DNA of 64,000 bases, from positions 21,266,001-21,330,000 of the forward strand of contig CM126218.1 in assembly GCA_052327205.1 (NCBI GenBank). The letters are read 5' to 3'. A program made the translations under genes and the position numbers. Each line of letters opens with the position of its first letter. Position 1 is the stretch's first letter. A model generated the notes under the pieces. It saw only the letters and a program-made list of their open reading frames with translations, was not told the origin of the DNA and ran no database searches. This document shows positions 23,001 to 34,990 of this stretch, piece by piece. This DNA is from Somniosus microcephalus. Lineage: Eukaryota.

Positions 23001-25853
23001 TATCCACGTTGTATTGCATCTGCTATGCTTCTGCCCAATCACCCAACCTGTTCAAATCATCCTGGAGTTTCTCGGCATCCTCCTCACAGCACACACGCCC
23101 ACCCAGCTTTGTGTCATCTGCAAATTTGGAGATATTACATCTAGTTCCCTTGTCTAGATCATTAATATATATTGTGAATAGCTGGGGTCCAAGGACCGAT
23201 CCCTGCGGTACCCCACTAGTCACTGCCTGCCACTCGGAAAAAGACCCATTTATTCCAACTCTTAACTTTCTGTCTGCCAACCAGTTTTCTATCCAAGTCA
23301 ATACCTTGCCCCCAATCCCATGTGCCTTAACTTTACACGCTAACCTCTTATGCGGGACCTTATCGAAAGCCTTCTGAAAGTCCAAATATACCAAATCCAC
23401 TGGTTCTCCCATATCTATTTTACCAGTTACATCCTCAAAACATTCCAGCAGATTAGTCAAGCACGATTTACCTTTTGAAAATCCATGTTGACTTTGTCCG
23501 ATCCTGTCACTGTTTTCCAAGTGCTCAGCTATTACATCCTTTATAATGGACTCTAGCATTTTCCCCACTACCGATGTCAAGCTTACTGGTCTGTAATTCC
23601 CCATTTTCTCCCTACCACCTTTTTTGAATAGTGGGGTAACATTAGCTACCCTCCAATCCATGTGTACTGTTCCAGATACCATCGAATGTTGGAAGATGAT
23701 CAGCAATGCATCTACTATTTCTAGGGCCACTTCCTTAAGTACCCTAGGATTATCAGGCCCTGGGGATTTATCGGCCTTCAGTCCCATCAATTTCCTTAAC
23801 ACCATTTCCTTACAAATACTGAATTCTTTCAGTTCCTCCCCTTCATCAGACCCTATGTTCCCCGACATCTCTGGGAGGTTATCTGTGTCCTCCTTTGTGA
23901 AGACAGAACCAAAATATGTATTTAATTCATCTGCCATTTCTTTGTTACCCATTATAAATTCCCCTGATTCTGACTGCAAGGGACCTACGTTTGACTTCAC
24001 CAATCTTTTTCTCTTCACATATCTATTAAAGCTTTTACAGTCAGTTTTTATGTTCCCAGCAAGCTTACTCTCATATTCTATTTTCCCCTTCTTAATTAAT
24101 CCTTTTGTCCTCCTTTGTTGAATCCTAAACTGCTCCCAATCCTCAGGTTTACTGCTTTTTCTGGCCAATTTATATGTCCTCTCCTTGGATCTTATGCTAT
24201 CCCTAATTTCCCTTGTTAGCCACGGTTGAGTCACCTTTTTTGTTTTATTTTTATGCCATACTGGGATGAACAATTTCTGTAGTTCATCCATGCAGTCTTT
24301 GAATGCTTGCCATTGCCTATCCACCGTCAACCCTTTGAGTGACATTCCCCAATCAATCCTACCCAACTCGCGCCTCAGACCATCATAGTTTCCTTTTTTT
24401 AAATTCAGGACCCTAGTCTCTGAGTCAACTACTTCATTTTCCATTTTAATGAAGAATTCTATCATATTATGATCGCTGCGACCCAAGAACAAGATTGCTA
24501 ATTAATTCTTTCTCATTACATAATACCCAGTCTAAGATGGCCTGATCTCTCGTTGGTTCCTCGACATATTGGCCCAGGAAACCATCCCGTAAACACTCCA
24601 GGAATTCCTCCTCCACAGTATTGTTACTAATTTGGTTAGCCCAATCTATATGTAGATCAAAGTCACCCATAATGACTGCTGTGCCCTTATTGCACGCTTC
24701 TCTAATTTCCCTTTTAATGCCATCCCCAACCTCTGCATTACTGTTTGGAGGTCTATATACCACTCCCACTAACATTTTCTGCCCCTTGGTATTTCTCAGT
24801 TCTACCCATACAGATTCCACATCATCAGAGCTAATATCCTTCCTTACAATTGTGTTAATCCCTTCTTTAACCAGCAATGCTACCCCACCTTCCTTTCCTT
24901 TTTGCCTATCTTTCCTGAATATTGAATACCCCTGGATTTTGAGTTCCCAGCCTTGGCCACTCTGGAGCCATGTTTCCGTAATCCCAATCAAATCATATTC
25001 GTTTACCTCTATTTGTGCAACTAATTCATCCACTTTATTCCGAATGCTCCTTCCATTAAGACACAAAGGGGGAGAAATTCGGTTGGTTGCCCCACCCATT
25101 AGCACTTAAAGAGGTCGAGAAGTGGGGCGCTAACCAACTAGCGCCCGGGTGCAGCCAACCCTGCGCCTCTTCCCATATTGAGCGGACATTTAGCGCCGGC
25201 GCTAAACCGTAGCGCCCGCTCACCGGCGCACGCAGATCATGACGTCATTTCAGTGTGCAACGCCCCTGGGGCGCCCCGGACTGGAAATTCAGTGGCGCCC
25301 CCCTCCGTTCTGCCTGGCGCTAACAAGGACAGGTTACCTGGAACATTTCCCAGTCGCTGTCGGTCTGGGGGGGGGGTGGCGCTATTTAAAGGGGACTGTT
25401 CTGGATTATTAGTGGTAGCCATTTTTGGACCACAACTTCTGTGAGAGAGAGAGAGTTGCTCAGAGACAAACAGAGAGCCATTTTGCAGTGAGCCAGCGCT
25501 GGCTGAGGAATTTTAGCCTTCTGAACATTACTTTGCAGTTGGTAAGCTTCTCAAAGGCATAGCTTTCAGTGCGCACTTACTATGGGGGCTGCATTGGATG
25601 GGAACGTCATCCTTCTCAATCATAAACATAAGTACATAAGAAATAGGAGCAGGAGTGGGCCAATCGGCCCCTCGAGCCTGCTCTGCCATTCAATAAGATC
25701 ATGGCTGATCTGATCCTAACCGCCAATCCACTATCACATAACCATCTCCTGAATCTAACAGAATTAGACACACAAAATAGGAGCAGGATCAGGCTACACG
25801 GCCCCTGGGCCCGCTCCGCTACCCACAGGGCCATGACCGATCCGAACCTAGAC

Positions 25854-28805
25854 TCATGTCCAAATTCCTGCCCGCTCCCCATAACCCTTAATTCCCTTTA
25901 CTTCTAGGAAACTGTCTATTTCTGTTTTAAATTTATGTAATGATGTAGCTTCTACAGCTTTTTGGGGCAGCATATTCCATGGACCTACCACCCTCTGAGT
26001 GAAGTAGTTCCTCCTCATCTCAGTTTTGAAAGAGCAGCCCCTTATTCTAAGACTATGCCCCCTAGTTCTAGTTTCACCCATCATCGGGAACATCCTCCCC
26101 GCATCCACCCGATCCAACCCCTTCACAATCTTATATGTTTCAATAAGATCGCCTCTCATTCTTCTGAACTCTATTGAGTAGAGTCCCAATCTACTCAACC
26201 TCTCCTCATATGTCCATCCCCTCATCCCTGGGATTAACCGAGTGAACCTTCTTTGTACTGACTCAAGAGCAAGTATGTCCTTTCTTAAGTATGGACACCA
26301 AAACTGTACGCAGTATTCCAGGTGCGGTCTCACCAATACCTTGTACAACTGAAGCAATACCTCCCTATTTTTATATTCTATCCCCCGAGCAATGAAAGCC
26401 AACATTCCATTGGCCTTCTTAATCACTTGCTGCACCTGCATACCAAACTTTTGAGTTTCGTGCACCAGGACCCCCAGATCCCTTTGTACTTCAGTGCTTT
26501 CCAGTTTCTTGCCATTAAGATAATAACTTGCTCTACGATTTTTCCTGCCAAAGTGCATAACCTCACACTTTCCAGTATTGTATTCCATCTGCCAAATCTC
26601 TGCCCACTTACTTAGTCTGTCTATGTCCCCTTGCAGGTTTTTTATGTCCTCCTCACTCACTACTTTCCCTCCCATCTTAGTATCATCTGCAAACTTTGAT
26701 ATGTTGCACTCGGTCCCCTCCTCCAAATCGTTAATATGGATTGTAAAGAGTTGGGGACCCAGCACTGACCTCTGCGGAACACCACTAGTTACTGATTGCC
26801 AGTCTGAGAATGAACCATTTATCCCAACTCTCTGCCTTCTGTTAGATAGCCAATCCTCTATCCATGCCAGAATATTACCCCCAATCCTGTGGTTTTTTAT
26901 CTTAAGCAATAATCTTCTGTGTGGCACCTTGTCAAATGCCTTTTGGAAGTCTAAATACACTACGTCCACTGGTTCACCTTTATCCACCCTGTATGTTACT
27001 TCCTCAAAGAACTCCAGCAAATTTGTCAAACATGACTTCCCCTTCATAAAACCATGCTGACTTTGTCCTATTAAATTATGATTATCCAAATGTCCTGTTA
27101 CTGTCTCCTTAATAATGGACTCCAAAATTTTACCTACCACAGATGTTAGGCTAACCGGTCTATAGTTTCCAGCCTTCTGTCTACTGCCCTTTTTGAATAA
27201 GGGTGTTACATTAGCAGTTTTCCAGTCTGCCGGGACCTTTGCTGAGTCCAGGGGGTTTTGGAAGATTATTACCAATGCATCCACAATCCCTACCGCCACT
27301 TCCCTCAAGACCCTAGGATGTAAGCCATCAGGTCCAGGTGATTTATCCACCTTGAGTCCCATTATTTTACCGAGTACCACTTCCTTAGTGATTTTGATCG
27401 TGTTTAGCTCCTCCCCCCCTTTAGCCCCCTGTTTGTCCAGTGTTGGGATATTCTTAGTGTCTTCTACTGTAAAGACTGATACAAAATATTCATTCAGTGT
27501 TTTTGCCATCTCCATATTTCCCACCATTAATTTCCTGGTCTCATCCTCTAAGGGACCAACATTTACTTTAGCCACCCTTTTTCTTTTTATATAACTATAA
27601 AAACTCTTACTATCTGTTTTTATATTTTTTGCTAATTTACTTTCATAATCTATCTTCCCTTTCCTAATCAATCTTTTTGTTATTTTTTGCTGTCTTTTAA
27701 AGTTTTCCCAATCCTCTATCCACCCACTAGATTTGGCTACCTTATATGCCCTTGTTTTTAGTCGAATACTATCCTTAATTTCTTTACTTAGCCACGGATG
27801 GCTGTCTTTTCTTTTACACCCTTTCCTTCTCAGTGGAATATATTTTTTTTGGAAGTTGTAAAATAACTCCTTAAATGTACACCACTGATCATGTATCATC
27901 TTACCCTTTAATCTATTTTCCCAATCCACTTTACTCAATTCCGCTCTCATACCTTCATAGTCTCCTTTATTCAAGCTTAGCACGCTTGTTTGAGATCCAA
28001 CCTTCTCACCCTCTAATTGAATATGGAATTCAACCATGTTATGGTCACTCATTCCAAGGGGATCCTTTACTAGGACATTTTTAATTAATCCTGTCTCGTT
28101 ACACAGGACCAGATCTAAGGTTGTTTGCCCCCTGGTCGGTTCAGTTACATACTGCTCAAGAAACCCATCCCTAATACACTCAATGAACTCATCCTCAAGG
28201 CAGCCCTGCCCAATTTGATTTGTCCAATTAATATGATAGCTAAAATCCCCCATAATTATAGATGTTCCCTTATTACAAGCCTCAGCTATTTCCTGATTGA
28301 TACTCCGTCCAACAGAGTTGCCACTCTTCGGAGGCCTATAGACTACGCCCACTAGTGTTTTTTTCCCCTTATTATTCCTTACCTCCACCCAAACTGTTTC
28401 ATTATCCTGATCTTTTGACCCAATATCATTTCTCTGTATTACAGTGATTCCTTCCTTTATTAACATAGCCACCCCACCTCCCCTTCCTTCCTGCCTGCCC
28501 TTCCTGATCGTTAAATAACCTGGTATGTTTAATTCCCAGGCATTGTCACCCTGCAGCCATGTTTCTGTAATGGCCACAAGATCATACCCATATGTAGTTA
28601 TTTGTGCCATTAACTCGTCTATTTTGTTACAAATGCTACGTGCATTCAGATAGAGAACTTTCAAAGATGTTTTGTGACACTTAGTTCCTGCTTTTGCCCT
28701 TTTTATTACTTTACCTTTTACTCCATACCTTCTGCCCCTTCCTGACACGCTCTGGTTTTCAATTTCCCCACTGCTACCTAAGTCTATGACCTTCTCTGTT
28801 GTCAT
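25854..28805 (-). CDS. CR1 ORF2: APE endonuclease + reverse transcriptase (983 aa, uninterrupted)
   Basis: YLNARSI, ITETWL, GVVYRPP, SDHN (endonuclease) and [28 protein letters not shown] (RT). The conserved PQGS reads PQRS. Confidence 0.92.
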   Translation of the reverse strand: MTTEKVIDLGSSGEIENQSVSGRGRRYGVKGKVIKRAKAGTKCHKTSLKVLYLNARSICNKIDELMAQITTYGYDLVAITETWLQGDNAWELNIPGYLTIRKGRQEGRGGGVAMLIKEGITVIQRNDIGSKDQDNETVWVEVRNNKGKKTLVGVVYRPPKSGNSVGRSINQEIAEACNKGTSIIMGDFSYHINWTNQIGQGCLEDEFIECIRDGFLEQYVTEPTRGQTTLDLVLCNETGLIKNVLVKDPLGMSDHNMVEFHIQLEGEKVGSQTSVLSLNKGDYEGMRAELSKVDWENRLKGKMIHDQWCTFKELFYNFQKKYIPLRRKGCKRKDSHPWLSKEIKDSIRLKTRAYKVAKSSGWIEDWENFKRQQKITKRLIRKGKIDYESKLAKNIKTDSKSFYSYIKRKRVAKVNVGPLEDETRKLMVGNMEMAKTLNEYFVSVFTVEDTKNIPTLDKQGAKGGEELNTIKITKEVVLGKIMGLKVDKSPGPDGLHPRVLREVAVGIVDALVIIFQNPLDSAKVPADWKTANVTPLFKKGSRQKAGNYRPVSLTSVVGKILESIIKETVTGHLDNHNLIGQSQHGFMKGKSCLTNLLEFFEEVTYRVDKGEPVDVVYLDFQKAFDKVPHRRLLLKIKNHRIGGNILAWIEDWLSNRRQRVGINGSFSDWQSVTSGVPQRSVLGPQLFTIHINDLEEGTECNISKFADDTKMGGKVVSEEDIKNLQGDIDRLSKWAEIWQMEYNTGKCEVMHFGRKNRRASYYLNGKKLESTEVQRDLGVLVHETQKFGMQVQQVIKKANGMLAFIARGIEYKNREVLLQLYKVLVRPHLEYCVQFWCPYLRKDILALESVQRRFTRLIPGMRGWTYEERLSRLGLYSIEFRRMRGDLIETYKIVKGLDRVDAGRMFPMMGETRTRGHSLRIRGCSFKTEMRRNYFTQRVVGPWNMLPQKAVEATSLHKFKTEIDSFLEVKGIKGYGERAGIWT

Positions 28806-28810
28806 TTTTA

Positions 28811-29685
28811 TTATTTGCTCTCTAGGAACCTCCCCCCCACTAGTTCGTTTAAAGCCCTCTCTACAGCCCTAGTTATATGATCCACCAGGACTCTAGTCCC
28901 AGCACTGGCCAAGTGAAGCCCGTCCCAACGGAACAGCTCCCTCCTGCCCCAGTACTGGTGCCAGTGTCCCAGGAAGCAAAACCCATTTCTCCCACACCAG
29001 TCTTTGAGCCACGCATTTAACTCTCTAATTTTATTTGTCCTAGCCAAATTCGCTCGTGGCTCAGGTAATAATCCAGAGATTATTACCCTTGTGGTTCTGC
29101 TTTTTAATTTGGCCCCTAGCTGCTCAAACTCCCTCAGCAGAACCTCCTTCCTTGTCCTATCTATGTCGTTGGTACCAAAATGGACCACGACAACTGGATC
29201 CTCCCCCCCCCACTCCAAGTTTCTCTCCAGTCCAGAGGAGATGTCCTTAACCCTGGCACCGGGCAGGCAACACAGCCTTCGGGACTCTCGCTTTCGGCTG
29301 CAAAGAACTCTATCTATCCCCCTAACGATACTATCCCCTACCACTACAACATTTCTTTTAACTCCCCCCACTTGAATGGCCCCCTGCTCCACGGTGCTGT
29401 GGCCAGGTTGCTCATCCTCCCCGCAGTCCCTGTTCCCAACCCCACAGGGAGTAAGAGCCTCGAACCTGTTGGACAAGTGCAAGGGCTGCGGCTCCTCCAA
29501 CACTACCTCCTGGATCCCCGTACCTGCCTCACTTCTAGTCACACCATCCTGACCCTGGCCACGGACTACATCTGAATTAATTAATCTAATTGGTGTGAAT
29601 CCCTCGTGATACACAGAGTCCAGGTAACTCTCCCCCTCCCTGATGTGTCTCAGTGTTTGAAGCTCGGACTCCAGCTCTTCAACAC
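28811..29685 (-). CDS. CR1 ORF1 with SGNH/GDSL esterase domain, N-terminally truncated
   Basis: Coiled coil VEELESELQTLRHIREGE and SGNH blocks VVGDSIVRG, LPGARVKD, HFGTND, DGLHL. Confidence 0.85.
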
Positions 29686-31095
29686 ATCATATTGACAGGG
29701 CACAGAGATGCAGGGATAGAGTGGCAGGCATGGCCAGACGGAGGAGGGCCTACAGACATCGGCACACGAGACCTTACGCTGCCAGGGTTTTCCGCCAACA
29801 GCTTTCGTATATCAACATGTCGGAGGAGCAGTGTTTCCAAAGGCTGCGCTTCAGTAAGGAGGTGGTCACTGAGCTCTGCCACCTGCTTCAGCCAGATCTG
29901 CAGCCTCAACTAAGGTGCAGGACATCTCTGTCGGTGGCTGTGAAGATCACTGTGGCTCTAAACTTCTATGCCAGCGGCTCCTTTCAGGCCGCTACTGGGG
30001 ACATTGCCAACATCTCACAGTTCGCGGTGCATTGCTGCATCCGTCAAGTGACTAATGCCCTCTTTAAAAGGAGACAGCAGTACATCTCCTTCCCAATGAC
30101 CCCGGACAAGCAGCGAGAGCGCGCAGAGGGCTTCGCAAGGATAGCGGGCTTCCCCATGGTGCAGGGCGTCATTGACTGCACGCATGTGGCTTTGTGGGCA
30201 CCTGTAGAGAATGCGGAGGATTTCCGCAACCGAAAGGGGTTCCATTCTTTGAATGTGCAGCTGGTCTATGACCACCAACAGCTGATACTCACTGTGAAAG
30301 CCCACTTTCCAGGCAGCAGCCACGACGCCTTCATCCTGTGCCAGATTTCTGTGGCAGACCTTTTCGAGGTCCCGGCTCACCCAGGAGGCTGGCTTCTCGG
30401 GGACAAGGGATATCCTCTGTGCCCCTGGCTGATGACCCCACTCCGTTCGCCCGGCACCCCTGCTGAAGAACGTTACAATGAGAGCCATCAAGCGACCAGG
30501 AACATCATTGAGCACACAATCGGTGTGCTGAAGCAACGGTTCTGCTGTCTGGACCATTCCGGAGGAGTCTATCAGTACTCACCTGAGCGAGCCTCCCACT
30601 TCATGGTTGTGTGTTGAATGCTGCATAACCTGGCAATCCTCAGGACCCAGCCAATGCCACCAGACATTGAAGCACCAGCAGAGGAGGAGCAGCACCAGGA
30701 TGGGAGGGAGGCACAAACTGCAAGGGCCGTCTGTCAGAGGCTTATAGCAAGTCGCTTCTAGGCCCCTCTCAGGGAATGCTTGCTGCCATTCCAAGAACAT
30801 GAATGGAACCGTTCTGCTACCCCTAAGCCGGTCAAGGGCAAAATTTGTGCACAGAACAGACATTGTGAATAAAGAAAGTTGTTTATTTAACAAAATGTGT
30901 TTCCTTCCCGCATGACAAAGCAATGGCAAGAAAATGCAAAACAAACAGACTGCCACATAACTGGCTCTCACACCCGGGAGACTGTCCAAAACATAAGTGT
31001 ATCTCACACCCGGGAGACTGTCCAAAACATAACTAACATTCAGACCAGCATCCTCGGCCTTGAATGAAACAAATAACAGGAATCAGCAGCACCTT

Positions 31096-33004
31096 CTACT
31101 TTTTCCCCCTCGATGGTGATCTGCTTCCCTTTCGGCATTGGCCCCTTCCCGCCCTGCAGCTCCTCCGTAATGGGACCCCAGTGGCTGCAGCAAGGCTGGG
31201 GGAGGCCTGCTGACTGTCCGAAACTGCAGGTGCCCCTGAGGGACGGCCTGGACGAGCTCTGGACCTGGAGGGCCCGGCTGCTGACTGCTCCAACTCTGCA
31301 TGGGCGGCAGCAGTCTGTCCTACAGGTGATGGCAGCTGCAGTGGAAAAGTGCCAGTGGTGGCATCAGGAATGCTGTCATCCTGAGAGCGGACAGCAGCTC
31401 CCTGGTCAGCCGACACACTGGCACTCTGACGGGGCAGCACCGCAGCATGTGCAGCAATCGGCTGGTGCACAGATTGCTGGCCTGCTGTGGTGCGGCGAGG
31501 GCCCTGGGGAATCCTGCCCGATCCAATGAGGGTGGCAGCAGTCAGTGCTCGCGTGGCCTCAATCTGCGTCTGCATGAGACCAGCGAGTGACTGCGTGGCA
31601 GCACTCAGCACTTGCGTGGCAGGTGCCATTGCTTCGCTGGAGCCCTGGACAATCCTTGCCAGTGCTGTGCCAAAGTCCTGCACACTCCTTGCCTGTGCTG
31701 CGCCGAAGTCTTGGACACGCCTTGCCAGTGTCTCAATGGAGTCGGGCATCCTTGCCACTGCAGCCATGAGCTCAGTGTGCCTCAGCCCAGCCTGGGCGCT
31801 CATTTCAGTGAGGGCATGCACCTCTTCTGCGGTCTGTGCAGCAGCACTCGCAGCCCGACTCGCCCTCCGGGGAGACGCCCCCGAGCTTCCCTACCCCCCT
31901 CGCGTTGCTGCAGGCCGCTGGGTCCTGGAGCTGGATCCTCCTCAGACCATTCCCCCCCGCTCCCCTCCAGGGAAGGAGTCTCCCCAGTCTGAAGATGGGC
32001 TGGCTCGCCTGAGGGTTGAACGGATGGTCTGGCTTCCTCCTCCTCATCGCCTCCGGAGTCAGCAGTGGCAGCTTGAGGGCCCGCCTCCCGAGCTGGTGAT
32101 GCAGCATCTGAAAGCAGGGAGGTTCAAGAGTGGCTTTAGCGAAAGGACAGGGTGGCAGCAAGGGATGCATGAGTGCTGCAATGCTCTGAATTGGGTCGAG
32201 AGTGAAAAAGCATGCTGGTGTGGGGAACAAGTGGAAGGAGAGAGGTCAAAAAGGTGATGACCTTACCATCGCTGTCCACAATGGGGTCGTCATCTCCAGA
32301 GGCGACAGGGCCACTCATCCGGCTTGCGACGATCTGGTGGAGTTGCTCCTCCAGGTCTGTAAGGGTCTGCAGGTGAGGCCGGCCTCCTCCGGTCCGAAGC
32401 TGTTGCCTGCGGTTACTCGCCAGCTTGGCCTGCAAGAGAAAGGACGAGGTGTGAAGGAACATGCTGCCCTGATCTGGTATCACATGCCTCCCATGATCGA
32501 ATAGCCCTTACATTATGCTGCCCTGATCTGGCATCACATGCCTCCCATGGTCGAATAGCCCTTACATTATGCTGCCCTGATCTGGCATCACATGCCTCCC
32601 ATGGTCGAATAGCCCTTACATTATGCACTGAGCTGAATGTGCGTGTATGTTTCCAGAAAGGGCCATGGGTGCTGGATGACAGCTGGCCATTGGGGCTTTG
32701 CACACCCTCTGGCCATAAAGTGAGGTGCAGATGGAGGGATGAAGATGATTCTGAAAAAGGCAGTCACCCTGACGACCCGAGTGAGGTCGTTGAACTTCTT
32801 CCTGCATTGCACAGGAGTCCTCGGAACCATGCTGCTGGAGGTGACTCTTTGGGAAACCTCCCTCCAAGTTCTGCGGTATTCGGTGTGTTGAGGCCTCCTG
32901 CCATTCTCCGGGTACAGCACAGATCGCCGGCGCTCCACTGCGCCAACCAGAGCATCCAATGCCCTCTCGCTGAAGCGCTGCGCTCTCTCCCTGGCCCTCT
33001 CCAT
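31096..33004 (-). pseudogene. Harbinger Myb/SANT-like DNA-binding protein gene, 3 predicted exons (33004-32768, 32429-32267, 32107-31096), frameshifted near ~31880
   Basis: Exon 1 MERARERAQRFSERALDALVGAVERRRSVLY...WREVSQRV...RTPVQCRKKFNDL (Myb/SANT-like). GT-AG junctions AGG|GTGACT, TTGCAG|GCC, GATG|GTAAGG and TTTCAG|AT give compatible phases. A frame change is needed inside exon 3. Confidence 0.75.
32460..32626. repeat. 3 x 54-bp minisatellite in intron 1 of the Myb gene
   Basis: Unit CATTATGCTGCCCTGATCTGGCATCACATGCCTCCCATGGTCGAATAGCCCTTA. Confidence 0.9.
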
Positions 33005-34990
33005 GTGGTTGAAGTTTTGCCCGCCACAGGTAGGTTGCCGCCGAGTTTGAGGCCTACAAGGCGCAGAGTGTGGCTGCAGATGATAATTGATCCGCCCCTT
33101 TAAGAGCTGGCCAGCGCCAGCGTGTCTGGGTGAAATCGATAATTGACAGCACCTGCGCTGCACCCGCCCGCGGAGAAATTGCGTCACGCCGCCGGGTTAG
33201 CGCCTTAAGACTATTGTGCAGCGCCTGATTTAGCGCCGCAATCACCTTCAGGGGCGCAGCTACCCAATATCGCTCGAGGTGGCGATAAATTGCGCCTGGC
33301 ACTAAACTTTGCGCACCGCCAATACTAGCGCCCCAAACGGGGCTATACCGAATTTCTCCCCCAAAGTCTTCAGGCTTGTTTTTTAACACTCTTAGACCTA
33401 TTAGAATTATTATTTACTGTGGCAGTAAATATTTGCAAGTCTGTGACAGACGCGTCTTGTCCCTGGGTTGTTTCCGCAACCAACGACATTTTTACCTCAA
33501 CCAGCCACCAGTCCCACTGCCAGGAAGAGCAGTGGACTGCTTCCAGTCTGCCTCCTACCTTTCAACCTTTCAGGCTTGGGCGACTCTACCAGGAGATATA
33601 CTCTCGCCAGCATAGCTCTCAGGGTCATGGGAGCAAGCAAGCCTTCCTGCCACATCAAGGTGCAGTCCCTAAGGAAGGATAGTTTGCCGCCAAGCACTGG
33701 GAAGTGCAGCTTCAGATAACTCAGCCTCTGACTTTGCCTCCCTCCTTATGGAGAAGCCTAAGTACGCTTGCAGGGTTTCGATCAGGAACTTAAGGGGGGG
33801 AATTTTACGGGGGGTCAGCGGGCACGTTTGGTGGCGGGTTGGGAGGGAAATTTGTTTTTTGATAGCGGGTAGGGAAGCTGTCAACCCGCTGCCATGTTAG
33901 TTTCCCAGATGTCAGCGCTGAACAGACCCGACTCCAAGCGGCGGGGGAGGCAATTGAGGTGATTAAGAGCTTGTTAAAAGCCTGTTAAAGAGAATTTTGA
34001 GCTCAACGTAATATTTTACGAGGTCGGCCACAGGTTCCACACTGCTCGGGGATCACGTCAGGTAAGGAGGTCGGGAGTTCTGTCACCATGAAATGATCTC
34101 TTTACTTGACAGCTGCAAATGTGGTATAAAAGCTCCCATTTCAGAGCTGTTCACTTTCCAAGAGCAGAAGCTGTTGCTTACTGCATTTGGAAGACAGATT
34201 GAGCTTTATGCAGGTTGCAAGTGTTTGGAGTAAACTCTCTATCCAGTGTCACCTCATTGGAACAACCTCTCTCACCATTGACAGATCGCTTCTGTCATCT
34301 CTACTTCACCTGCCATCTATTACATCAGCATCGGTGCCCTTGAAACTATCTCACCTTGGTCTTCAGAACCCCACCATGATCAGCCCCAACACCAGCAGCA
34401 CCAGGCACACCATCAGCACCAACAACTACACCAACCTTCTCTGCAATCAACTGATGCTGCACAGAACACAGGGCATCAGCACCTGACCACATTGCTGCCC
34501 GAGACACCAGGGATGGCCTCACCATGGCCAGAATTACTTAACTGATGCTGTACACCCTGGCTGCCATATGATGCGCCAGGTTGGCACCACCCCACACCTA
34601 CACCATAAAGGATCCCTACAATGCCCAAGCCATTCCTTTCACACTCATCACCATTGTGGGGAGTACCGTTATGTCTCACCATTCACTGCAACTCACTAAG
34701 CCACTTCTAAAGGTGCACACAAATCTGTCCAAGAACGCAAGGTGTTGAAAATAAAGATTTCAATGTTTGACAGCACATTAACAGAAACCTCACATGAACA
34801 TTGACTAAAACACGCAGAGCCTACCCATGTGTTGTTAGTTGGTATGATTGGACTAGGATGAGGGTGAGTGTGAATCGTGGCTAGTGAGATGGGGGTGTGA
34901 TAATGTAGATAGAGAGGGATGGGTGGAGGTGCAAGGTAAGTTGGTGTGAGTAAGGATGTGCAGGAGTAGGGTAGGAAAGGCAGAGTCATA

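Larger units (their letters stand above)
25625..29685 (-). mobile_element. Young CR1 LINE with complete ORF2 and 5'-truncated ORF1
   Basis: TSD ATCATA (25619-24, 29686-91) and (CATAAGAA)-type 3' tail. Both ORFs are open. Confidence 0.93.
25582..30761 (+). pseudogene. Harbinger DDE transposase (HARBI1-like), split by a CR1 insertion and carrying a nonsense codon
   Basis: ATG at 25582 (MGAALDGNVILLNH) joins in frame to 29691 (IDRAQRCRDRVAGMARRR) once the CR1 is removed. Motifs GVIDCTHV, NRKGFHSLNVQ, PGSSHDA, LLGDKGYP, RNIIEHTIGVLKQRF. TGA at 30615-17 interrupts VVC*MLHN. The natural stop is at 30759-61. Confidence 0.9.
25068..33362 (+). mobile_element. Full-length two-gene PIF/Harbinger transposon, family A (formerly autonomous)
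   Basis: TIRs GGGGGAGAAATTCGGT / ACCGAATTTCTCCCCC, 3-bp TSD AAA (25065-67, 33363-65). Convergent transposase and Myb/SANT genes. Confidence 0.93.
22193..33400 (-). mobile_element. CR1 LINE (EN + RT, frameshifted), interrupted by the Harbinger element at 25068-33362
   Basis: ORF2 pieces at 22408-25067 with ITETWL, VYRPP, MGDF and the RT motifs. Excising the insert restores KTSLKTLCLNGRSIRNK across 33363-33400 / 25067. Same family as 11465-13612. Confidence 0.9.

Noticed and set aside
28811-29614. Host or bacterial SGNH esterase gene
   Set aside because: It lies directly upstream of CR1 ORF2 within the TSD-bounded element. An esterase domain is a known feature of CR1 ORF1.
29721-30617. Domesticated host gene HARBI1 (and NAIF1/MSANTD for the Myb ORF)
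   Set aside because: Both lie between TIRs with a TSD, have related deleted copies in the window and carry disabling mutations, so they are transposon genes.
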